Below are positions 1-12,321 of a stretch of DNA of 40,233 nt, one piece after another. Every line of letters starts with the position of its first letter. Within the stretch, counting starts at the first letter, position 1. The notes beneath the pieces were generated by a model. It was not told where the DNA came from and searched no databases. It saw nothing but the letters and a program-made list of their open reading frames with translations. The stretch lies in contig MCFE01000745.1 of assembly GCA_002104905.1 (NCBI GenBank), positions 1 through 40,233 on the forward strand. Reading direction: 5' to 3'. This stretch comes from Basidiobolus meristosporus CBS 931.73 (lineage: Eukaryota; Fungi; Basidiobolomycota). Both the position numbers and the translations under genes were made by a program.

Positions 1-565
1 GGATCGACCCTAACGAAGTCAACGAGATTGCCAACGCCAACTCTCGTACGTGAAACTTGCTCTTGGTTTGCATTGAAGCCTGTGTACTGACTTTGCTCTG
101 CACCTAACCGTAATAGGTCAAAACATCCGCAAACTTATCAAGGATGGTCTTATCATTAAGAAGCCAAACGTGGTCCATTCTCGTTTCAGAGTTCGTGAGA
201 AATTGGCTGCCAAGCGTAAGGGACGTCACACTGGCACTGGTAAGCGCAGAGGTACTGCCGAAGCTCGTATGCCTACCCAAGTCCTGTGGATGCGTCGTCA
301 ACGTGTTTTGAGAAGAATGCTCAGAAAGTACCGTGAAGCTGGAAAGATCGACAAGCACCTGTATCACTCCCTTTACATGAAATCCAAGGGTAACGTTTTC
401 AAGAACAAGCGTGTTCTCATGGAGTTCATTCACAAAGCGAAGGCCGAGAAACTCAGAGCCAAGCTTATCGCTGACCAAGCCGAAGCCCACCGTCTTAAGG
501 CCAAGGCTGCTCGTGAGCGTCGTGCCGAACGTGTTCAAGCTAAGAAGGATGCTCTCCTTGCTTAA
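1..565 (+). CDS. RPL19: 60S ribosomal protein L19 (eL19), 5' part outside the window; one visible intron 46..116
   Basis: Manual splice (GTACGT..TAG, 46-116) gives [15 protein letters not shown]|[22 protein letters not shown]...[77 protein letters not shown], the classic eL19 sequence. Stop TAA at 563-565; AATAAA at 628-633. Confidence 0.97.
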
Positions 566-1091
566 CTTGCACCCTCTTCGACACTGACACACCTTACACA
601 CTATCAATTAATCGCAACCGCTACAACAATAAAATTATTCATAGTTAGAGTAATTCCCGTAGTCGCGAATATGCCCCGCTATTGGAACTTGGGTGCTACT
701 CTAGAAATTATTGCCCTGTAAAATACCAGTTGCGTTTGTCGTTACAGAATTTCTCGAGCTTTAATAAAGCGACGGAAAGATATGATACTATAATTTTAAG
801 GCTCATAGGGACTGCTCGGATGAACCCATCCGATTGTGGTTGTGGGATAATTGAATAAAACTTCAGCGAAAAGTACAGCTTGCGTCTTGAAAGTGCTGAT
901 ATTGCCTATATGAATATGATGAATGAAGAAAGGTGATACATGTGTGTGATATAGTTGAGTGCGTCGGACAAGATAGACCTAGAGTGTCAACATACAATCA
1001 GTAAAAACACTGGCAGTAATGGGCTGTTGACCTAAACCTTTTAAAGTTGACCGCTGCACCGTAGAACACATTGCCGGCCCCAGAAATATGC

Positions 1092-2447
1092 TCATTTGGG
1101 TGCAACATAATCTTGTGTAAGGTCGATTCCCTCCAAATGCGTATTGGTGATCTTGACTTTCCGATTCCTGGCTTTCGCTTTCTTTTGCTTCGAATCGTCC
1201 ACGGCCGCCTTCTTTTCGAAAACCTCCATCGTTTTGAGGCCAGCTTTGAAATATCACGCAGTCAGTCTCGATGTTGTACATACGCAGGCCATATAACCTT
1301 CGTAGTGTACTAACCTTTCTCAAGCTCGGCCGGTAGATCAGTTTCATCAGGCGCACGGAGTTCATGCCACATTTGCTTGAAATCTAATAAAATTGCATTG
1401 ATCTCTCTGAAGCATATTCAAAAAGCCAATGTTGATATGTACCAGCATCGAAATCAACGTTAAGTCTCGCATCATTATAAAACAAGATGCGTGGAGTATT
1501 ATCTTTGTTCCGAATCACGTAGACTTGGCCAGTTTCTACTAATTCCTAATTGAACACATCATTAATGCACCCACTGTGAGGAAGTAGGGTAACCATTGTG
1601 AACCTCCACAACGCCTCTCACGTCAATGTAGGAGTCCTTGAGCTCTCTGACTTCCATTCCGCCCTCGTCTTTCTTTTCCTGTAAGAGGGCCAATAGGTCC
1701 TCTTTGTTTTTGATATTATACGCTGGCTATGAGGATTTGGTGAAAACTTGAGTATGAGAACAACGTGCACCAAGCTAACGACACGAAGCTGAGAAATACC
1801 CTATAGGAGAACGTATGGTTTTTGGGGTCATAGTCGATCTTGTTATTTTGGGTTATGGTTCGATATAATTCGGGATTGGCCTCAAAATCGGCATTCACAT
1901 GGCGCTTCAAATCCTCCGCGGTTTGGGGCTCTTCTACCGACTAATTTCAGGTATGAGTTGAGTTAAACAAGTTACTCACGGAAGTTACTTGAAGAATTGA
2001 ATGCTTACTTTAAGGAAATTGATGACCGTGTACACCATACTAAGTGTATGACGACCGCCCGGGGTCGAACTAGCGTCCGGTATGGCTAGTATAAACAATT
2101 GGACAATGGTAAGTAAGGTTTGGTCACCAACATCAACAACACACATAGAGTATAAACTTCCAACGTCAAATAATCCCCTCATAAGATAAAAGATGTGCTT
2201 AGACTAAACCTCCATCACTACTGCCCAATCGCTAGCTCGTAAATAATACAATGGTATGGCTTACTGAATGCTTGCCTTTTTTCATTTTTTGTTTTTTCTT
2301 TGCCGGCTCCAAAACATCTTTAAGTTGGCTTGGTATTGGTGTGTAGCGATTGGGTGGTGGCGGCCCAGATACTTGTGCTCTCTGGATAACCGGCTGCGCA
2401 GCCAATCTTTTTTTAAATGCCTTTTGCTGTTCTAGTAGGGAGCCCAT
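1092..2447 (-). CDS. TFA2: Transcription initiation factor IIE beta subunit (multi-exon)
   Basis: Exons assembled by hand: MGSLLEQQKAFKKRLAAQP...; HTLSMVYTVINFLK; ...QNNKIDYDPKNHTFSYR; PAYNIKNKEDLLALLQ...GGMEVRELKDSY; ELVETGQVYVIRNKDNTPRILFYND; DFKQMWHELRAPDETDLPAELEK; AGLKTM...RKVKITNTHLEGIDLTQDYVAPK* (TGA 1092-1094). These match TFIIE-beta winged-helix and C-terminal motifs. The first intron boundary is ambiguous (see findings). Confidence 0.9.
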
Positions 2448-2902
2448 GATGAATGCTTTTAAAAATGAACCTCAATGTACAACAGAAAAATGAAAGAAAA
2501 GCAATGGTTAATATTGTTCGGCAAATTTGTGATATATATTTGTAATGAAGGCGTTCTATTCACTGCATTTAATGTCATATAATAAAGTAATATCCCCTAG
2601 TTAAGGGTCAGAGTATCAGGATTTCGAGCTGGATTATCCAAGAAAAATCTCGAGCAGCATTACAAGCATACATTCAGTTGAATACGTTTCTCTACAAACG
2701 AATGGAAGTATCATCGTGTTTACTATAAATACCACTCAAGTTGTTTAATGATTGGTTGAAGATATTCAATCGTCATCTGCTACTTTGAGTTTCCATTTTC
2801 TTATGCTAAAATAATATCCCAAAGTGGGTCAATCCCTATTGCCCATTGTTGTCATCCTCGTAACCAGTGATATAATCGGCTTGTTAAACGGTAGAGCTTG
2901 AG

Positions 2903-5900
2903 ATGAAGATTGACATCAAAGTACGATTCTTCAACTGAGTAATGGTCTTTTACTCCGATGCACATTCCCCCACTATTCATCTTACCTTATGACATGGCTA
3001 TATTAAACTTTGAATATTTCTAGAGAAAATTACTTTCCAGATCCGACAGAGTCAAATGCGTTGACCTTCATCCTACCGAACCATGGGTTTTGGGTAGTTT
3101 GTACAACGGTAGCGTATACGTCTGGAATTATGAGACTCAGGTAAATCCGTAATGATTTAGCGTTTTTTGTTATGAAAGGGATTTAAATCATTGATCGACA
3201 ATACTTAATAACACTAACGTTGTTTTCAGAGTCTTGTCAAAAATTTCGAGGTTTCCGATCTTCCAGGTTTGTTACTTATATACACACATTCGATCGCTTG
3301 TAATCTATGTTGGGAAAAGCGGTGCCTAGTCAAAGATCGATTCTCACAAACATTTCCTCTGTAGTTCGTGCCGCAAAATTCATTGCCAGAAAGAATTGGA
3401 TCATCACTGGCTCAGATGATATGCAAATTCGTATATTTAACTACAACACACATGAGAAAGTTGCTAGCTTTGATGGTCACGTAGATTACATACGTAGTTT
3501 GGCTGTTCATCCTACACAACCTTACGTACTCAGTAGTAGTGACGATATGACCATCAAACTATGGAACTGGGAGATGGGATGGAAATGTATGCAGGTAAGT
3601 TCATTAATTAGTCTTACATATCAGATCATCGCATGTGCTAATCGTGTATTCCCTTTTCAGGTCTTCGAAGGTCATGCACACTATGTAATGATGGTGAACT
3701 TCAACCCTAAGGATACCAACACCTTTGCCAGTGCTTCTCTTGATAGAACAATCAAGGTAATACAGACATGCATTTGAAATTTGATTAGCAAATATTAAAT
3801 TTTGCTGGAAGGTTTGGAACATCGGCTCTGCAGTTGCCAATTTCACTCTTGAGGGTCACGAAAAAGGAGTCAATACTGTTGATTATTACGGTGGTAACGA
3901 TAAGCCTTACTTGGTTTCTGGAGCAGATGACAAGTTTGTACGAACAATAGTCCTTATATGATAGTTAGATGCTCATACACCATTTAGGCTCGTTAAGATT
4001 TGGGACTATCAAAACAAAAGCTGCGTGCAAACTCTTGAGGGCCACTCTCAGAATGTCTCGGCCGCTTGCTTCCATCCTGGATTACCTGTCATTCTAACTG
4101 CTAGTGAAGATGGTAAACTGCCATGTTAGCTATTATTTTATGACTGATTGTTAACAATTGTATAATTCATATAGGCTCCGTTAAGGTTTGGCATGCCAAT
4201 ACATACCGTATTGAAAATACATTGAATTATGGTCTGGATCGGGCTTGGGCGTTGGCTTACCAAAGAGGCTCTAATAGTATTGGTATTGGATATGATGAGG
4301 GTGCCGTCGTTATCAAGGTTGGCATTTGAGTTGGGGCACATCATCGCTTTCAATAACTTATTCTCATTTATTCCTTACCCATTTAGCTCGGCTGTGAAGA
4401 GCCTGCTATCAGTATGGATAACAGTGGAAAAATCATTTGGGCCAAGCACAATGAGATATTAACCACGAATGTCAAGGCTGGAATTGGTACTACCTTTGAT
4501 TTAATGGAACCAAATTTACAATCAGACCAGTAACCTCTCTTTAGAAGAATCTATTAGTGACGGTGAGCGAATGACCTTACCTGCCAAAGACCTTGGAAGT
4601 TGCGAGGTGTATCCCCAAGCTCTCGTACACAGCCCTAATGGAAGGTATGCTTAGATCACTTGGTTGACAAGTGGCCATTTCTGGCTTACTGAATACCCTG
4701 CCTTTCTCTAGATTTGTGGTTGTATGCGGTGACGGTGAGTATATCATATATACTGCTCTAGCTTGGAGAAACAAAAGTTTTGGACGGGCCTTGGAATTTG
4801 TATGGGCTTCAGAATCAAACGAGTAAGTGGGATTTTCTGCTGATTGCTTGACATTTTTCTAAAAGCCATCAACAGATATGCCATTCGTGAATCGTCTAAT
4901 TCAGTCAAGATCTTCAACAAAAACTTCAAAGAGAAGTCAGGCTTATTGTCACACGTGAGATTCTCGGTAGAAGGAATCTTTGGTGGAGTGTTACTTGGTG
5001 TGTGCGGCTCTACATTCCTCAACTTATATGATTGGGACACCGGAAGTTTGATTAGACGCGTTGACGTTGTGGCAAGGAACGTTTACTGGTCGGATGCTGG
5101 AGATCTTATGACCATTGCATCTGATGACTCCTTCTTCGTTTTGAGATTCAATCGCTCGGCTTATGATCAATTTATCGAAAGCGGAGGAGACCCTGGGGAT
5201 GAGGGAGTTGAGGAGGCTTTGGAGTTTGTCACTGAGATTCCAGAGAGCATCAAGACCGGTTATTGGATCGGCGACTGCTTTGTGTACACCAATTCGATGA
5301 ACCGTTTGAACTATTTGGTTGGTGAGCAAGTGAATACACTGGCACATTTTGACACCAATATGTACGTTCTCGGCTATATCCCTCGCGACAACCGTGTTTA
5401 TCTTGCAGACAAAGATGCCAACGTGTATAGTTACAATCTTTCATTGGCTGTTGTTGAATATCAAACTGCTATTCTTCGCGGAGACTTGGAGGCCGCCGAA
5501 AGCTTGTTGCCGGAAATCTCACAAGATCAAAGAAATCGTGTCGCAAGATTTTTGGAAAGCCAGGAGCTCAAGGAGTTGGCACTTGAGATATCCACGGACA
5601 ATGAGCATAAGTTTGACTTGGCATTACAGTTGAACAAGCTAGAGTATGCTCTTGAGATCGCCAAGGAGAGCGGATCTGAGAGCAAATGGCGAACTCTCAG
5701 TGATGTCGCACTCAGCAAATGGCAATTTAACCTCGCCGAAGAGTGCCTGAAGAAGGCCAATGATTTAAGTGGCTTACTCTTAATGTACACCGCCTACGGC
5801 AATAGTGAAGGACTTCGTGAACTTGCTCAGCAAGCCGCTGACAGTGGCAAAAATAACATTGCGTTTTCGTGTTATTGGACTCTGGGTGACCTGGAAAATT

Positions 5901-6746
5901 GCCTCGATATTCTGATACGGACCGACAGAATCCCTGAAGCTGCCTTCTTTGCAAGAAGCTACATCCCAAGGTAACTTTACACAAATCAACACTCGTATTA
6001 TTCGTACAGCATTCCGACCTAATGTTTCTTCCAGCCAAATATCCAGAGTAGTGAAGCTATGGAAGGAGAGCCTTATCTCCGCCAACAAAACAACCATTGC
6101 TGAATCCCTTGCTGATCCCGAGGAGTACGAGGAATTATTTGACAACTACAAAGACGTAAGACACGCTTACGATGGATATAAAGCCAGTATTTTGCTAATT
6201 TCCAAATCACAGACACTGATTGCTGAAGAAGCAATGAAAAACAAGATGGTGTATCCATCTACCGCGTACCCCGCTCCTGGCGGCGGACTAGGTAATTACA
6301 AGTTAGTTAACTCTCTAAATTGCAGTGACTAAATTCTCAACACTTTGTGCTAGACCTCAAGGGAAATGGTTTAGAGCATACTGAGTTTTATAACCTAAAG
6401 AATGCGAACGGAGCGACCCATGAAGATGAGGTTGGTTGATGGCTGTTTATTCCAACAACAGAGTGCGCGTGATTTATATTTCAAATTCAATACATCAGCA
6501 ATCACTTGTACCCGATGATGAACGCATTCTTGATGAAACCATGAGCCACATGAGCTTAGAAGGTGAATATTCTCCAACAACATTACGTCCCATCGTCGTA
6601 ACAATTTAACATTTACTTCCACATATCCTATAGTAAACACCACCGGCACAGGATCAATCCGTGGGGACATAGAATTCGATGATTCTTCATCGCAAACGAC
6701 TCAAGAGCCCGAGCCTGTTTTGAATGCGAAGTCCGACAAAGAGTAG
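2903..6746 (+). CDS. SEC27: Coatomer subunit beta' (COPI WD40 protein), many introns
   Basis: MKIDIK|[29 protein letters not shown] (intron 2921-3023). WD40 repeats include [54 protein letters not shown] and [31 protein letters not shown]. The alpha-solenoid includes [13 protein letters not shown]...[14 protein letters not shown]. The acidic tail and stop (TAG 6744-6746) come from a less certain manual splice model. Confidence 0.95.
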
Positions 6747-9700
6747 TGCCGAAAATAGCCTCAAAGTAACCGAATTTGACAAAATGAATATACCATGCAA
6801 ACCCCCTAAATATCATCACTAAATCGCCGCTCATCTCCCCTCCGTCACGACCAATCTCTCACCCAGATATTCTTGTTTCTAATAAAAACGGTTCCAAGTA
6901 GATCATTGACCCACCAGTTGCGCAACGAATCACTAAATACCAGGTGAAGTGCTGCTTATCAGCAATCGCCCGAGTGTCGCATCATCGAGATAACGTTCAA
7001 AGCCTCTAGACAATGCTTGAATGCGACAGATGCGAAACCCAGAGATGCCAAAAATCATACGGATTATCTGGTTGAGACGCCAATATCCAGATCGGTTCAT
7101 ATTTCTGCTCCCCTAGAGAGCGATCACAATTAGTAACCACGAGGTTGGAATGAAGCTTAGACTGGGAGCACGAGGTCATTTGTGATGTGCAGAGCCGCTT
7201 TGGGAAGGGCAAGTGGTACTGATTACGATGATTCCTAATTTGTATGTCGTGATCGATTCCTGCCCCTTAATTATACGCTAATAGGGTGAATCTGGCCCCA
7301 GAGACACAGGAGCGGTACAGTTGCCAATTATTGCTTTGTGGCAGCATGGAATGGGTCACCTGTCTCCGAAATCAATCATGAAGGCACAGCAAGAAAAGTG
7401 ACACAAGCACACATTAATGCCAGCACTGGCAACTTTTCAATGAACTCCAACACAAGTCTGCAGGGAGGCGTATCTACGAATAAACAAATACCTATCGTTG
7501 ACCATCGAGTCCAACGTGCGCTAATCATACATCTTGTTAAGGGAAAACTGTCCGCACCAATCAAGAACTGGCCGTTCTCAGGACGAGTGGTGGACAGCTT
7601 GCATTGCTCAGCCCAGCCAACTGCCCGCGACGCTGGGTGATTGTTGACACTCTATGTATGCAACAACAAATGTGCAATGACAGGAGGTGATGAATGCCTG
7701 TTCCAATAGATGAAAGGGTGCCTATCACCCGATTATAAATACCAACGTGTAGAGGATATCCAGCACCCGTCATTGTGACTACCATTGATAACGCACTACC
7801 TAGAACAGCTCTTGTGAATATTTCCACTCAGCCCACCGCCAAAGCCCCCGCCATGAAAATCGCTATGGACAAGTCGCTGCTTTGCTCCACTCGCTCCTCC
7901 GTTACAACATACTACACACCAGACCAGCATTCATCCCGCGTCTACTGCAGACATAACCGTCGCCAAACGCTGAACCGGCGTAGTAATTATCTGACTTGTC
8001 GCACCATGGATGGGGCTGCGCTATGCCCACCCAGAGAACCAAGAAATCCTAGCGAGGTTTGCCCGTTGTACTAAATATATCATTGGGAGTGGAGGATGGC
8101 TTTGACCCTTCTAGCCTATTTGTCGCCGAACCTCACAGATTCTGTGCTAGAATACCTTGCGTCGAATGGCTAACTTGGAGTGCGCAGTGGTACGCTTTGT
8201 CGCATGTAAATAACCGACTCTATTCTTAGACCCTTTATACTGTATATTTCCTCTACACCCTATATCCGATGGAGTTATCCTTTTATCATATCACCCGTTT
8301 CCCCAATTTGTAGTAAACTCTTTGTCTATTTGTTATTTAACCACGCTTTCTACCAACATCTTAAATAAACGAAATCCCGCCAAGCTAACCTGTTGGCAAA
8401 CCAGCAGACTGGTAATCACCAGACAATCGCTACTGTAAATGGGTGCAGTGAGGGCGATTCCGGGTCCGCTGGAAATCTATAGTGCTCCGCGATACCCACC
8501 CGCCCACCATTCTATCCCATGTGACAGCCTAACCGACCAGATTCCGCAAATTGGTGCACTCAATATCACGCAACCACGTAAGCCATTTCAAGGGTGTTCT
8601 AGACTATCAATGTCACACAGTGCTCAGGATTCATTTTAGAATCTCAGAAACCGCCGGTAGTTGGAGTATTGGATGCTGAATCGAGCATTCCTATGACAAT
8701 CCACTTAGGAAAAGATCCGTCCTGCCCGGGGGCAACCGTTCGCCGTAGTGAGGAACAGCATGGCACCTGTCTGCTTGAGATGAGCCATTGTGATAACCAC
8801 CAATCGAGCCCACAGCGGGAACTGCACAAGTCCATCTGCGAAGCAATCTCCTCGCTTGCTGGCTGGCACTTCTATATCCAGTCAGGGGGCCGAACACATA
8901 TGGCATCCTCTTGCCACGCACAGCGGTGTAAGCATGAGCACTTGAGGCAGCCTGACAACAGCCACAGCGATGTGTAAAGCACCTGTGCCGATAGCTAATC
9001 AAAGGCTCCGCACTGTGTGTCGCTTGTCACTTAGGGCTCAAGGCTCTCCAGGTTTACATCGCTACAGATCCCCTGGATCTGATCAGGATCCCAGTGGTCA
9101 CTTGGAAGATGGATGGTTGCGGGACGCGGAGGGTCGTTGTGATCCTCAGCCGTAGGTGGTTGGACACAGCTACCTGTGACGTCTCCTCATAACTTATTTA
9201 CTTCCAATCTCCTTGTCCTCTCCAGGCCCTTGTGTGGAGGTCTTTTGTGAATTCAGCGTTGCTACGAAGCCAGAAATTCATCTAAATTCGATCATTTTCG
9301 GCCGCAGCTTCCGCAATACTCCAATGTGTTACTTGAATGTAGTGTTAGTAACAGCAGCTAACACTCGATATTTGCTGGGCCGAAGATCCGCAGCTCTCCT
9401 TGATTATTATGAAAATCTGATTTGGGATGTTTGACTCGGCCTTCGATTGTATCGATGCTATTCTAAAATATACTATCAAGGGCCGAGCGATGGGAATCAC
9501 ACAATTGGTCCTAGACTAATCTTGGCAAAATTTTGAACGGAACTCGTTGAAAATTTTCGGATACGTATTGTGTATGGTTGAAGTATTTATCCAACAGCTT
9601 GGAATTAGGATAATATATCGGCGGGTGCGATGGCAAATGAGAAATGGATATTTATTGTTTGACTTCTCCTTCAATGATCATTTGAGCAACAAGTTAAAAA

Positions 9701-9900
9701 AGATTTAAAGGATTCAATCGGATGGGCTTCCTCATCTTTCTCGGGCTCCTTTTCCCTATCGATCCAACATCCCTAGTGTTTTTCCTCTTGTGCTTTCCCC
9801 CTACTTTATCCATTCTATTGCTCTCGCTACTCAACAAATACCTCGATTCGCTTTTGGTTATGTCAAGTAATTGTCGCGATCTCTCAATCGATACTCAACT

Positions 9901-12321
9901 ATGAACAAATCCGCTGCTGAACAAAATCCCTCCACGCATGTCAACACTCTCAAAAAGCCAAGAGCAACTCGTGCTTGCGACATATGTCGCAAGAAAAAAG
10001 TCAAATGCGACAGTCTCAAACCTTCATGCACCAACTGCACCATGTTTGGCTACGCTTGTACCTATTTAGACAAACCGAAAAAAAGAGGACCGCAAGCGTC
10101 AAATCCCAAAACGTTGGAAGTACGCCTCAAACGCATCGAGTCTGCTTTAACGGTCCTACTGGAGAACGATTCACTGTCCGCAACCAGCTCCGTGATCGAG
10201 GAGCTGGCCTCAATCAGGAATGCCGGAAGGGCACTCAACGAAGGTAACGAGGTAAGCATTTTGGACATTCAAGAAGGCCGCTTTATCGGAATTTTTTATT
10301 CAGCTGCGATTCAATAGGACACTTTCTCTAAAGAATGCTCCTCCAGCGATGAGTATGAGGGACTCGAAGAAGAGTTCAATCAGCTCGCTATTCAGGAGCA
10401 GTCTCGATACAAATATTTCGGTAGCAGTTCTGGGATGTATCTTCTCGAGGGTGGAAACTATCACGTCAACGGAGTTTTCCAAAAAGTCAACGAGCTAATC
10501 AAATGTCCCAATCTGCTGAAGCTTCCCGAGCCCGATTTCCCTAGCAAAGAGATAGAGGAGAAGCTTCTTGATGTCTATTTCACCAGATGTCACCCGTATT
10601 TTCCAGTCTTCAACAAATCGGGCTTTCTCCAAAGATTGAAAGCCGGCAAAGAGGTTTCCCAGGTCCTACTCAACGCAATATACGCTGTCGCTTGTATAAT
10701 AGAGGGTCTTACTGTATTTAAAGACCTGGAGGTCTCCCGCTCAGCAGTGATCTATTTTTTTTCCAGAGCCAAGACCGAGCTCGACAAACAATATCATTTT
10801 TCCTCTCTGTATACGATACAGGGGCTTTTGCTAATGGCATTCAACCCTGCTGGTGGATGGCTATTTCTAGGCATGGCCGTTAGAATGGCACAGGACCTGG
10901 GGCTACACAGAAACATCGAGTCCGACAATTTGGATCCGATCGAAAAGCAAAACCGCAAACTTGCCTGGTGGGCTTGTGTTGTTTTCGATCGGTACCACAG
11001 TGCTATGGGCGGAAAACCTCTCGCAATCAACGAAAACGACTTTGACACCACGCTCCCAATGGACCTCGGCTATAAGGATAGAGGTGATGTTAGCCCAGGA
11101 TCTGGCATCTCTCTTAGATACTTCACTCAATCTGTGCGTTTAACGATGATCGTCAGCAAGATCATTCGAGTGATCTACGTCCCACGCAGCGGGGCCAAGC
11201 ACAAGTCCAACACCAATCTATGGTCGCTGAACAAGACTCTGAGTGATTGGGAATCCACCATTGGGCCCGAGTTCCAGGTGCATTTTGACACACGTGAGAA
11301 CATGACTTCATTTTCTTGTTTGTTGAATATATTTTACCAATACGCAGTCATCCTGCTCAACCGCCCATTTATCTCCCGCAACCAAGACAAAACCGAGGCA
11401 AAGGCGGCTAAAAACCCAGCCCAACTCATCTGTGAGAAAGCTGCTAGCCGCATCACATGGCTCTCCTACCATTCTCCGCTGGAGTGGCAGCTTTACGGCA
11501 TCTCGGTGAAGCCTGGTCTGCTCTTTTCAGCAAGTACCATTCATTTGATCAACGCGATGTCCAGTGATGAGGAGCTTGCCAGGGTAGCCAAGATCAATCT
11601 GTCGGTTAATCTTCGTGTCATGAGGAAAGTCAGCGAGATCTTCTTTGGTGCGCGCCATATCCTCACGATTCTTGAAGACCTGGCGAAGGAGCGTGGTCTC
11701 GATGACCTGGATGACACACAGGAGCCGATATTGTATGATCCTCCCAGAGCTGCTCTGTCCCCGGACATCTCTCACAAGCTACCGCGTAGAACCGATTCCG
11801 GATCAGTGATAGTTCTACCACAACACCTTCCTCTCAACGCGATGGAAAACCTCTGTGGCGGCAGTGTCCAGAGAATCCCATCCGAATCCAGTATCTCCTC
11901 GCCATCCAGCAGTCGTGATTTTGTCTCCACTCCTCAAGCAACCCCAGCGATCAATCCCGCTCTACATTGGTCTTCAACCGAAACGCCCAACCTGATTCCA
12001 TCGAAGCTTTACGGCCACGAGCAATTCAACATTGCTGAACCGATATACCAGTATCAGGGCACTTCGAATGTCGCGCCGCTTAATCTCTTCGAGAATAACT
12101 TGAATGTGTACAATTCACTCCCTTTATCGAACACTCCTCAGTTAGACAACTCGTTCGCGCCCTATCAAATGCTGTCCACCTATGAGCGGGATGCATTGCC
12201 AAATGACACGCAGCAACTACAGGATGGCCCGGTGCTGAACATACTGCAGATGGAGGCCGACTTCGAGGATTGGAACAATTATCTCAACCAGTTCGGACAG
12301 TTCAACTCCAACTCAATCTAA
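9901..12321 (+). CDS. Zn(II)2Cys6 binuclear-cluster transcription factor with Fungal_trans (middle homology) domain, ~784 aa; intron 10252..10317
   Basis: RATRACDICRKKKVKCDSLKPSCTNCTMFGYACTY is the GAL4-type six-Cys cluster. The GTAAGC..TAG intron joins in frame to YFGSSSG and ORF 10435..12321, which carries LLDVYF..HPYFPVFNK, GMAVRMAQDLGLHR, RKLAWWACVVFDR and a S/P/N/Q-rich tail. Confidence 0.92.

Noticed and set aside
104-607. 167-aa minus-strand ORF, and other ORFs antisense to SEC27, the TFs and the copia copies
   Set aside because: They are shadows of real genes on the opposite strand or in other frames, with no recognisable motifs.
6729-6746. Lysines at the predicted SEC27 C-terminus (AKSDKE*) as a self-binding dilysine motif
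   Set aside because: The spacing fits neither KKxx nor KxKxx, and the last exon is uncertain.
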